DNA of 64,000 nucleotides from Porticoccaceae bacterium (GTDB lineage Bacteria > Pseudomonadota > Gammaproteobacteria > Pseudomonadales > Porticoccaceae), in the NCBI GenBank assembly GCA_018069525.1, contig JAGPUQ010000024.1, positions 13,748 through 77,747 of the forward strand. Reading direction: 5' to 3'. Below, in pieces: positions 54,203 through 62,377 of this stretch (position 1 is the first letter of the stretch; each line of letters opens with the position of its first letter). The position numbers were made by a program, and so were the translations under genes. The notes under the pieces are model-generated. The model searched no databases. It was not told where the DNA came from and saw nothing but the letters and a program-made list of their open reading frames with translations.

Positions 54203-55759
54203 TCAGTTTAGGCCGAGCAGTAACAGCGCGCCACCAGCGGCGACACCGACGGCAATGCCGAGGGAGAAAATTAGCGCAGTCTTAATGCTGAGCCCATTGG
54301 ATGACGCCCGTGCATCGGCAAGGGCTTGCAGCGACTGGTCTATATGACTGATGCGCTCTAAACCTTGAAACATCAACTGCGGGACCTGGGGGAACTGCTC
54401 TAGCCACTCCGGGCCGTGACGTTTGAGTTGCTCCAGCAAGCGAGTGGGTTTAAAGCGTTGTTTGAGCCATTTTTCGAGGAAGGGGTGAGCGGTATCCCAA
54501 AGGTTGAGGTCGGGGTAGAGCTGTCGTCCCAGCCCTTCGATATTGAGCAGTGTTTTCTGCAGCAGGACCAAAGAGGGTTGAATCTCGGTATCAAAGCGGC
54601 GGGCAACTCGAAACAAATTAATAAGCAGATGTGCCAGCGAAATATCTTTGAGAGGGCGTTGGAAAATGGGTTCGCAGACGGTGCGTATGGCACTCTCGAA
54701 CTCGTTTACGGGAGTGCCTTTGGGAACCCAGCCGGAGAGAATATGCAGCTCTGCGACTTGTCGGTAGTCGCGACGAAACACCGCGAGAAAATTGCGTGCC
54801 AGATAATACATATCTGTATCCGACAGTGTGCCCACCACGGCACAATCGATGGCGATGTAGCGAGCGTGTTCCGGCCTACTGGTATCGACAAAAATATTGC
54901 CGGGATGCATATCGGCGTGGAAAAAGTTGTGCTCGAAAACCTGGGTAAAAAAGATTTCGACGCCGCGCTCGGCGAGTACCTTAAAGTCGGTGTTGGCAGC
55001 GCGCAGGGTCTCGATGTCGGTGACCGGAGTGGCGTAGATGCGCTCCATGACCAGTACGTCGGTGTTGGTATAAGGCCAGTACACTTCCGGCACATAGAGC
55101 AGTGGCGAGTGCTCAAAGTTGCGGCGCAAAATCGCAGTGTTGGCGGCTTCTCGCTGTAGATCGAGTTCGTCGAGAATCGTGGTGCGGTAATCGCGGGCGA
55201 CTTCTATGGGCCGCAGTCGCCGGGCTTCGGCACTGTATTTTTCCAGCGTGCGGGCCAGGGCAACAAGGAGAGCACAATCTTGTTTAATGGTTTTCTGGAT
55301 ACCGGGGCGAATGGCTTTAATCACCACTTCGCGACCATCTTCAAGCGTTGCGGCATGAACCTGAGCAACCGATGCGGAGGCCAGAGGCTCGCGCTCAAAA
55401 CTGGCAAACAGAGTGTCGAGGCTCCCGCCAAGGGCGGATTCCACAATAGTCACAAATTGTGCGCTGGGAAAGGGCGGCACGTCGTCCTGCAGTTTGTTGA
55501 GCTCGATGCAAATATCCGCAGGGATTAAGTCGGGTCGGGTCGACAGTAATTGACCGAATTTGATAAATACCGGGCCGAGACGCTCGATGGCCAGACGCAG
55601 GCGAACCCCGCGAGCCTGTTTTGGTTTGGGCAGAATACGCAATAAGGCCAGGGGGTAGCGTAGCGGCCAGGGCAGCTTTAAACCCTCGGGCAGCGTATCG
55701 AGCCGGTAGCGCAGTACCACCCAGAGAATATGCAGCGAGCGCAGCAATGAGGTAATCAT
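54203..55759 (-). CDS. ubiB: ubiquinone biosynthesis regulatory kinase UbiB
   Basis: ABC1/UbiB kinase pattern ([18 protein letters not shown]..., [23 protein letters not shown]). Two C-terminal TM segments. Confidence 0.95.
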   Translation of the reverse strand: MITSLLRSLHILWVVLRYRLDTLPEGLKLPWPLRYPLALLRILPKPKQARGVRLRLAIERLGPVFIKFGQLLSTRPDLIPADICIELNKLQDDVPPFPSAQFVTIVESALGGSLDTLFASFEREPLASASVAQVHAATLEDGREVVIKAIRPGIQKTIKQDCALLVALARTLEKYSAEARRLRPIEVARDYRTTILDELDLQREAANTAILRRNFEHSPLLYVPEVYWPYTNTDVLVMERIYATPVTDIETLRAANTDFKVLAERGVEIFFTQVFEHNFFHADMHPGNIFVDTSRPEHARYIAIDCAVVGTLSDTDMYYLARNFLAVFRRDYRQVAELHILSGWVPKGTPVNEFESAIRTVCEPIFQRPLKDISLAHLLINLFRVARRFDTEIQPSLVLLQKTLLNIEGLGRQLYPDLNLWDTAHPFLEKWLKQRFKPTRLLEQLKRHGPEWLEQFPQVPQLMFQGLERISHIDQSLQALADARASSNGLSIKTALIFSLGIAVGVAAGGALLLLGLN

Positions 55760-55760
55760 G

Positions 55761-55814
55761 ATTTAGCGGTCATGCTGAATTTGACGCTCAGGCTGAATTT
55801 AACGCTCATACTGA
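55761..55814 (-). repeat. 18-bp x3 in-frame repeat: ubiJ stop region reiterated (three TGA codons 18 nt apart) up to the ubiB ATG
   Basis: Minus strand: tca gta TGA gcg tta aat / tca gcc TGA gcg tca aat / tca gca TGA ccg cta aat, then cATG (ubiB). Confidence 0.85.
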
Positions 55815-56528
55815 TGGCTCGCGATTGAGCAGGGGCTCTAGTTTGGCGAACACAGCGTCCAGCGGGTTTTTAGGCTTGCCACTTTTTGTTTCGACCCCCT
55901 TGGGGTGGCGCTCCTCGTCGCGGTAGTTTGCGTAACTTTCCCAAACGCGTTGGGCGCCATCATTGGACCAGGCCCTGGCGCTTTCGATACCTTGACTAAA
56001 CAGGTGGGCAGGGATGTCGCCGACCCGATCTTCAATGCGATCGGAGAGTGTGTTTTGCCAATCGATGTCGAGTTGCCGCAGGGTGCTTAAAATTTTCAGC
56101 AGGCGCGCAATATCGCCCTCGACCGTGAGGCCAGAGGGCAGCTCACCGCTGTTTCGCCAGAGCCATTGGCCGAGCGCGAGGGGTGTGCTGTGAACCTTTA
56201 TATCCGCTACAGGGTTATTTATGTCCGACGCTACAGGGCTGTTTATACCCGCCGCTACAGGGCTGTTACCCGAAATCGGTTGCAAGCTAAGTTCGCCGTG
56301 CTGCAGTGTGAGTAATATCGTGCTGATAGTTTCCGGGATAACACCGGCCAGCAGCGGTAACAGGCGAGCGGCCGTATCCGCAGCGGTTCCCCCTGTGGTC
56401 AGATTGAACACCACGGTAGCTTCGCCCAGCGCGGCGAGCTCATCCCGGCGTTTTGGATCTTCGCCAAGGGCCTCGTTGATAAGCGCAGCCGCTCTTTGAC
56501 AGGCGATGTCTTCAGCTACGCTGATCAA
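55806..56528 (-). CDS. ubiJ: ubiquinone biosynthesis accessory factor UbiJ (SCP2-like)
   Basis: It sits between ubiE and ubiB, and its N-terminal region is SCP2-like. An internal 8-aa x3 repeat ([24 protein letters not shown]) is encoded by 24-bp repeats at 56202-56273. Confidence 0.75.
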   Translation of the reverse strand: MISVAEDIACQRAAALINEALGEDPKRRDELAALGEATVVFNLTTGGTAADTAARLLPLLAGVIPETISTILLTLQHGELSLQPISGNSPVAAGINSPVASDINNPVADIKVHSTPLALGQWLWRNSGELPSGLTVEGDIARLLKILSTLRQLDIDWQNTLSDRIEDRVGDIPAHLFSQGIESARAWSNDGAQRVWESYANYRDEERHPKGVETKSGKPKNPLDAVFAKLEPLLNREPSV

Positions 56529-57349
56529 ACTTGTGGGCCCTTTTTACCTTGGGTGCTATTTTGAATGTCTTGTTGAGTGTCTTCTTGGGTGCTTTGTTGA
56601 ACGCCTTTGACACCCTTGTGGAGGGCGACAATGCCGCCGGTCATATTGTGGTATTGGCACTGGGAGAAACCCGCATCTTCCATCATAGTTTGCAGGGTGC
56701 CCTGATCGGGATGCATGCGGATGGATTCGGCGAGATAGCGATAGCTATCGGCATCGCCGGTGATGATTTTGCCTATTTTAGGGAGCAGGTGGAACGAATA
56801 TTGATCGTAGACTTTTTCCAGCACCGGGTTGCCCGGTTTGGAAAACTCCAGCACCAGCAGGCGGCCACCGGGTTTCAGGCACGCTTGCATGGAGCGTAGC
56901 GCGCGGGCTTTGTCGGTGACGTTGCGCAGGCCAAAGGCTATGGTGATGCAGTCGAAGGTGTTGTCGGGGAAAGGTAGCTGCTCGGCGTCGGCAAGAGAGT
57001 AAGCGATATTTCCGGTGACGCCGCGGTTGAGCATGCGATCCCGCCCGACCTTGAGCATGGATTCGTTAATGTCGGCGAGAATCACCTGGCCTTGAGGCCC
57101 GACCTTGCGAGCAAATTTGGCGGCGAGATCGCCAGTACCACCGGCGATATCGAGCACTCGATGTCCCGGTCTGACGGCAGCCATTTCCACCGTGGCCTGT
57201 TTCCAGATGCGATGCAGGCCGCCTGACATCAGGTCGTTCATAACATCGTATTTGGCCGCCACGGAGTCAAATACCTCGGCGACCCGGGAGGACTTCTGCC
57301 CGGTGGCGACTTGTTCAAAGCCGAAATGGGTGGTTTTTTCTTCGTTCAT
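56525..57349 (-). CDS. ubiE: demethylmenaquinone/ubiquinone C-methyltransferase UbiE
   Basis: THFGF...[12 protein letters not shown]...FGLRNVTD. A ~23-aa Gln/Thr-rich C-terminal extension is built of repeats ([17 protein letters not shown]). Confidence 0.95.
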   Translation of the reverse strand: MNEEKTTHFGFEQVATGQKSSRVAEVFDSVAAKYDVMNDLMSGGLHRIWKQATVEMAAVRPGHRVLDIAGGTGDLAAKFARKVGPQGQVILADINESMLKVGRDRMLNRGVTGNIAYSLADAEQLPFPDNTFDCITIAFGLRNVTDKARALRSMQACLKPGGRLLVLEFSKPGNPVLEKVYDQYSFHLLPKIGKIITGDADSYRYLAESIRMHPDQGTLQTMMEDAGFSQCQYHNMTGGIVALHKGVKGVQQSTQEDTQQDIQNSTQGKKGPQV

Positions 57350-57512
57350 ACCGGAGGGTTCCTGGCTCTGGTCACTCAGCGCAAAATTGTTTTAAAAGCA
57401 GCGGTATTGTACACGCACTGATTTAAAAACAGAGCCTGGTATTGAGTGGGGTGCAGCTTTTAAAAGCTTGTTATTTAAAGACGGAGTGCGGGATGAGTGA
57501 ATCGGCAATACC

Positions 57513-59246
57513 TTAACCCGCTCTTTGCGTGGGCTCTGGCTCGAGGTAACGAACTCGTTTTTCCGCTTTGATACGACTCAGGTCGAGGATCATCAGTCCA
57601 TCGACACAGTCAGCAAAGGCCGGGTCGATGTTAAATCCGACAAATTGCACGCCTTCCGGTTCGCAGGCTTCCGTGTATTGTTTATACAGCGTCGGCACCG
57701 ACAGGCCCATGTTGGCGAGTTCGCGTTTTAAACGCCTGAACTCGGCTCGATAATCATTGCCGGGAAAGCGTTGGGTCAGCGCCTTGCGCCGCATGGGAGA
57801 AATAGTAAAGGCATCTACCGGTGCGGCGATGGCCTGCTGCGGGGGGAAGTGCCGCTGATAGAAGTGCACCAGCATTTCCAGGGCGGGGCGAGGATAGGCA
57901 GCGCTCAGACTGACCGGGCCAAACAAGTAGCGGTATTGGGGATTTTCACGCAGGAAAGCACCGATGCCGAACCACAGGTAGTTGAGACTGCGTTTGCCCC
58001 AGTACTTGGGTTGCACGAAACTGCGGCCGAGTTCGAGTCCCTGGGCAAGATAGGGCTGCATACCGGAATCAAACTGGAACAAGGTTTGGGTGTAGAGCGA
58101 ATGTCCGGAGGTGGTGCCGCAAAACCGATAGGCGCCAACAATTTCCGTCTCGGCTTCGTCCCACAGAATTAGATGTTGGTAGTGGCGGTCGAAGTCATCC
58201 AGGTCGCGATCTTGTCCAGAACCTTCCTCGACAGCGCGAAAAGACAATTCTCGTAAACGGCCAATTTCGCGCATGATGCAACTGTCCGTTTGCGGATGAT
58301 GATAGAGATAGATGTGTTTGTTGTCGGAGGTTTCCCCAAGCCGCTGGCAGCGATGTATTTCGGTGCGCAGTTGCTGGCGATTTTCTGGCTGTGCGACCGC
58401 TGTTTCGCCCATAAAGATACCAGCGCGACCCTTGCCAATGCGACCCTTGCCAATGAGGTACGGGTGGCGCTGAAATAAACTGACCTTTTCTTTTAGCGGA
58501 ACGGCTGTGGTCTGGTAGCTTCGAAAACTAATGGCCTCACCGATGCGGATGTCGATGCGTCGTCCCCGTTGTTTAAACATTTCCCGCACCAGCCATAGCG
58601 TAGACAGGGGCAGTGCAAGCCATGACAACAGATAAAAAAAGCTGGAGTTGCGGCCCCCTACAAACACAGGCAGTACGGGTGCTCTGGCGGCGCTGGCAAT
58701 GCGCAGAAAGCCGCTGTGCCATTGCCCGTCGCGAATACCTTTGCGGCCAAAGCGAGAGACTTCTCCCGCTGGGAAAATAATGAGCGCACCGTGGTTTTCC
58801 AGGTGTTGGTGAATCGCCCCGAGCTGTTTACGCGTGGTCTTGCCATTCATATTGTCAACGGGCAGTAATAATGGCGTAAGCGGTTTTACTATTGCGAGTA
58901 ATTTATTGGCGACTATTTTTACGTCGGGGCGCACTGTAGAGACTATTTTTAGTAGCGCAAGACTGTCGAGAGAACCGATGGGGTGGTTGGCAACGATGAC
59001 GACTTTGCCGCGAGCCGGAATGCGCTGGTTTTCGATATCTGGCAGCCAATAATCAAAATCAAAGTAATTGAGTGCCTGCTCGACAAAATCAAAACCGCTT
59101 AGGTGGGGGTGGTCGCGTTCAAATTGTTGTAATTGTTTTTCGTGAAATAACTTGCGCAAGGCGCTAATCACGAGTTTTGCTAGCCAGGGGTGGTTTGCGC
59201 AGAATTGGGGCTGGCGTTTCTGCAGCAAATTCTTTACGTCTAACAT
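57513..59246 (-). CDS. bifunctional acyltransferase: N-terminal PlsC-like + C-terminal GNAT/OlsB-like domain (OlsF-like candidate)
   Basis: 577 aa. VVIVANHPIGSLD acyltransferase motif plus IFPAGEVSR. The C-terminal half resembles N-acyltransferase/hemolysin-like GNAT domains. The domain order matches what I recall for OlsF. Confidence 0.55.
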   Translation of the reverse strand: MLDVKNLLQKRQPQFCANHPWLAKLVISALRKLFHEKQLQQFERDHPHLSGFDFVEQALNYFDFDYWLPDIENQRIPARGKVVIVANHPIGSLDSLALLKIVSTVRPDVKIVANKLLAIVKPLTPLLLPVDNMNGKTTRKQLGAIHQHLENHGALIIFPAGEVSRFGRKGIRDGQWHSGFLRIASAARAPVLPVFVGGRNSSFFYLLSWLALPLSTLWLVREMFKQRGRRIDIRIGEAISFRSYQTTAVPLKEKVSLFQRHPYLIGKGRIGKGRAGIFMGETAVAQPENRQQLRTEIHRCQRLGETSDNKHIYLYHHPQTDSCIMREIGRLRELSFRAVEEGSGQDRDLDDFDRHYQHLILWDEAETEIVGAYRFCGTTSGHSLYTQTLFQFDSGMQPYLAQGLELGRSFVQPKYWGKRSLNYLWFGIGAFLRENPQYRYLFGPVSLSAAYPRPALEMLVHFYQRHFPPQQAIAAPVDAFTISPMRRKALTQRFPGNDYRAEFRRLKRELANMGLSVPTLYKQYTEACEPEGVQFVGFNIDPAFADCVDGLMILDLSRIKAEKRVRYLEPEPTQRAG

Positions 59247-59360
59247 CTTACATCCGGCATCCGCTGTCCACGATTGGCAATCCCTTCTACCAGTGAGTGT
59301 CAGTTATAACAGATATTTGACGGCTGTGTGACCAGAGCTGTGGCTAGTTGATGAGATAGG

Positions 59361-59435
59361 ATTGAACAGGGCTAAGTTAAACAGGGCAGGGTTAAACAGG
59401 ACTGAGTTAAACAGAGCAGAGTTAAAACAGCAGGG
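59361..59435. repeat. 15-bp x5 degenerate tandem repeat between suhB and the OlsF-like gene
   Basis: attgaacagggctaa / gttaaacagggcagg / gttaaacaggactga / gttaaacagagcaga / gttaaaacagcaggg. Confidence 0.85.
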
Positions 59436-59464
59436 CAGAAAAAATAGGTTAAGGCAAAAGCGGT

Positions 59465-60268
59465 CTACTTTAGATGCCCCAGATGTTTGCCGACAATGCT
59501 CAACGTCGGTTTAAACAGGCGAGGAGTGCTAGCGACGATATGACCGGTATCGAGATAACTGTCGCCGCCCTGAAAGTCGCTGATCATGCCGCCAGCTTCA
59601 CGTACTAAGAGTACGCCAGCAGCGATATCCCAGGGCTGTAAGTACATTTCCCAAAAGGCGTCGTAGCGTCCGGCGGCGACATAGGCCAGGTCCAGAGAGG
59701 CCGCACCCATGCGACGAATTCCAGATGAATCATCGGCCAGATCCTTTACGCAGGTCAAATAAGGATCGATATTGTCGAAAGGTTTACTGCTAAACGGAAT
59801 GCCCGTGGCAAATAAAGCTCCGGCCCTGGCGAGCCGCCCCGATACCCGAATGCGCTGGCCATTTAAAAAAGCGCCCTTGCCGCGGCTAGCGGTAAATTCT
59901 TCGCGCTTGATGGGGTCGTAAACCACGGCGTGTTCCAGGCGGCCCTTATAACGGAAGGCAATGGACACCGCATAGTGGGGAATGCCGCGGATAAAATTAG
60001 TGGTGCCGTCCAGGGGATCAATCAGCCACTCGCTGTCCGTGTCCCGACCTGCCTGTGCGCCGAACTCTTCGCTGACAATACTGTGGTCGGGATAGGCTTT
60101 GCGCAGATGCTCGATAATAATGCTTTCGGCATCCCGATCGACTTCGCTGACGTAGTCGTGTTGACCTTTGGCTTCTACTTTAATCCGGTCGAGTCGATCG
60201 GAGGCACGCACGATTTGCACACCAGCGGCGCGAGCGGCTTGCAGTGCAATGGATAGCATCGGTTCCAT
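59465..60268 (-). CDS. suhB: inositol monophosphatase family protein SuhB
   Basis: MEPMLSIALQAARAAG, WLIDPLDGTTNF, WDIAAG. Confidence 0.9.
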   Translation of the reverse strand: MEPMLSIALQAARAAGVQIVRASDRLDRIKVEAKGQHDYVSEVDRDAESIIIEHLRKAYPDHSIVSEEFGAQAGRDTDSEWLIDPLDGTTNFIRGIPHYAVSIAFRYKGRLEHAVVYDPIKREEFTASRGKGAFLNGQRIRVSGRLARAGALFATGIPFSSKPFDNIDPYLTCVKDLADDSSGIRRMGAASLDLAYVAAGRYDAFWEMYLQPWDIAAGVLLVREAGGMISDFQGGDSYLDTGHIVASTPRLFKPTLSIVGKHLGHLK

Positions 60269-60455
60269 AGAATATAGAGATCATGTCGCAATAGAAGGCC
60301 GCGCATCATACCAGAATGGTTTATTGAGAGAGTGGTTTTTACTGATCCTAGAGCCAGTTTCAGTGGTGGCGCGGTGCGTTGCTCACCTGAGATATGCTGT
60401 CAGCATCGGGCAAATATGGGTTCGAGACGTAATTGGCTTAATGACTTGAGCTTTT

Positions 60456-60530
60456 GGGTTCCGGTTAAGGCGCTAAGCTAAAATGGCCCGGTTAAGGCGC
60501 TAGCATGGCCCGGTTAAGGCGCTAGCATGG
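60456..60530. repeat. 22-bp iterons upstream of the mini-peptide gene (two perfect copies + one degenerate)
   Basis: atggcccggttaaggcgctagc occurs at 60483-60504 and identically at 60505-60526. A degenerate copy gggttccggttaaggcgctaagc is at 60456-60478. A 6-1-6 palindrome ATGCTG-T-CAGCAT is at 60394-60406. Confidence 0.9.
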
Positions 60531-60659
60531 ATTGCCCCTCGGCATAATCGGCGCTTGTATACTATTTGCGGGCGTTTTACAATGAGGTTTCGCAACATTT
60601 TGTTGCCTTGGCTTACACGTGCAACCTTATCATATTCCATATGCACAACGGTGAAAGAC

Positions 60660-60878
60660 ATGAAGACTGAGAACGATGTGAAGACAAATATGAAGATAGA
60701 CCTGAAGACCGAGCAGGCTTCGGTACCAGAAGATAATGCTCGCCGGGCTTTCCTGAAACATAGCGCCTATGCGGCCTACACCACGCCAGCTATCCTGTCG
60801 TTGGTGGTTTCGGGTCGCGCGGCTGCGACCTCGCATTTTAATTGCCCGCCTAAGAGTCAAAACCCCGGCTGTCCGTAG
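60660..60878 (+). CDS. 72-aa pre-peptide: Tat-type signal peptide + 16-residue two-Cys C-terminal tail (candidate modified/exported peptide)
   Basis: MKTENDVKTNMKIDLKTEQASVPEDNARRAFLKHSAYAAYTTPAILSLVVSGRAAATSHFNCPPKSQNPGCP. I trimmed the track ORF 60555..60878 to ATG 60660; in-frame alternatives are GTG 60678 and ATG 60690. It lies immediately upstream of the PqqD-like/kinase gene. Confidence 0.5.
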   Translation: MKTENDVKTNMKIDLKTEQASVPEDNARRAFLKHSAYAAYTTPAILSLVVSGRAAATSHFNCPPKSQNPGCP

Positions 60879-60916
60879 CCAAACCCCCGACTGTGTTTGA
60901 CAACTGGATTTGATCG

Positions 60917-60943
60917 GAAGGTTCTCGGTCTCTGCGAACCTTC
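60917..60943 (+). terminator. 8-bp stem-loop after the peptide gene (possible attenuator/processing site)
   Basis: GAAGGTTC-N11-GAACCTTC. No U-tract follows. Confidence 0.3.
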
Positions 60944-61089
60944 AGCGTATTAAAAGATTAGAGATCAAAACAGAGCGAATTAAGGGACTAGGCGTTGTGA
61001 AGAGAAGTAAAGTTTCCCGCTGATCGACACAGTTCTGTATTCGTTGACTTGAGACAGGGCAGCATTAAAGACACTATACTCTGCCCACC

Positions 61090-62322
61090 TTGAAACTCTC
61101 AAAACCTCGCGCTGATATCAATTTCCTACCGTTTTTAGACGGTGCAGTGCTATTCCACGTTGCGACACAAAGGCTGTGGGTCTTGAATAGCTCGCAGACT
61201 TTTATTTGGTGTTGGTTAGAAGAGTGCACAGGTATCGAGCAACTCGCTCACAAGCTCAGCGATACCTTTGATATTAGTCTCAAGCAGGCTAAATCAGATA
61301 CGCAGTTAGCATTTGATAGTCTGGCTGGAAACGGTCTGCTAGAAGGAGGGAGCCTTCTAGCGCCCAGCCCCGAGCCAGCGGGGCAAGATTTACTTGCGCC
61401 GCTGGGCCATACCGTTAAACCAACGCTTAACGAAACCGCATCTAGTCGGCTTCGTCTGAGCATCCTCAACACCTATATTGTGATAACGATAGAGGATCCG
61501 GTTTTACTGGGAGAAATGTTAAGGATATACGCGCCGTTTCTCGATGAGGGCGTTGTTCCTGATGCGTCGTCGGCTGAGCTATCATTAATCGTCCGCGCTG
61601 TATCGCCGGGAGCTACGGGGTTAAATCATTTCGATATTCTTATTGATCATCAAAGCCTGGGTTTAGACATTAGCAGAGAAAGGCTTGTCCCTTACCTGGT
61701 GACTGCGATTTTCCAAAAGGTTTCCAGGCAGCTGGGAGGCCAGGTAGCGCTGCATAGCGCAGCACTTACCCGTGCTGAGACAACCTTGATTTTCCCCGCC
61801 AATTCGGGCGCTGGAAAATCCACTCTTTGTGCTGTGCTGATGTCGAAAGGGTGGGGCTGCTTAAGCGATGAACTGGCTATTCTTAATCCCGTGGAAGCTT
61901 TGGTTACACCACTACCCTTACCGATGAGTATAAAATCTGGATCCATCGATCCCTTACGTCGGTATTACCCAGAGCTAGTAAGCTACCCTTTGCACCATAG
62001 GGCTGACGGCAAGCAGGTGAGATACTTGCCGATTAAGACTCTCGACGCAGTCAATAAACGGGATTCTTACGCTCTTTCAGCGATTGTTTTGCCAACATAT
62101 TCACCGGGTGAAAACACAAAATTATTATCTGTGAGTAAAATAACAGCCCTGGAAAAAATAACGGAAACGGGTTCGTCTGAGCGCCTGCTGACAGTAGAGG
62201 ATATCCGCAGTCTTATTAGTTTGATTGAAAAAATACCCTGTTATCAATTGGTGTATGGGTCAACTGAAGAAGCTGCAGATGTCCTGGACGCGTTTGTGGA
62301 TGGGACGTATCAGGTCAGTTGA
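61090..62322 (+). CDS. PqqD-like (RRE) domain fused to an HPr-kinase-C-like P-loop domain
   Basis: The N-terminus FLPFLDGAVLFHVATQRLWVLNSSQTFIWCWLEE..IEQLAHKLSDTFDISLKQAKSDTQLAFDSLAGNGLLE matches the PqqD pattern. The C-terminal half has LHSAALTRAETTLIFPANSGAGKSTLCAVLMSKGWGCLSDELAIL, as in HprK-related kinases. TTG start. Confidence 0.6.
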   Translation: MKLSKPRADINFLPFLDGAVLFHVATQRLWVLNSSQTFIWCWLEECTGIEQLAHKLSDTFDISLKQAKSDTQLAFDSLAGNGLLEGGSLLAPSPEPAGQDLLAPLGHTVKPTLNETASSRLRLSILNTYIVITIEDPVLLGEMLRIYAPFLDEGVVPDASSAELSLIVRAVSPGATGLNHFDILIDHQSLGLDISRERLVPYLVTAIFQKVSRQLGGQVALHSAALTRAETTLIFPANSGAGKSTLCAVLMSKGWGCLSDELAILNPVEALVTPLPLPMSIKSGSIDPLRRYYPELVSYPLHHRADGKQVRYLPIKTLDAVNKRDSYALSAIVLPTYSPGENTKLLSVSKITALEKITETGSSERLLTVEDIRSLISLIEKIPCYQLVYGSTEEAADVLDAFVDGTYQVS

Positions 62323-62377
62323 ATCTGAAGTCTTTCTACATGCGCCCTAGCTATAAATTTTTTCCGGATTTAGCGAG

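Noticed and set aside
57455-57468. Perfect AT-rich palindrome AGCTTTTAAAAGCT between the OlsF-like gene and ubiE as a terminator or operator
   Set aside because: As a hairpin it would have only a 5-bp A/T-rich stem with a 4-nt loop. As a binding site it has no supporting context. It is likely a chance occurrence in an AT-rich spacer.
23371-60530. Possibility that the many short tandem repeats are CRISPR arrays
   Set aside because: The units are 7-24 bp and directly abut each other with no unique spacers. Copy numbers are 2-5. No cas genes are present.
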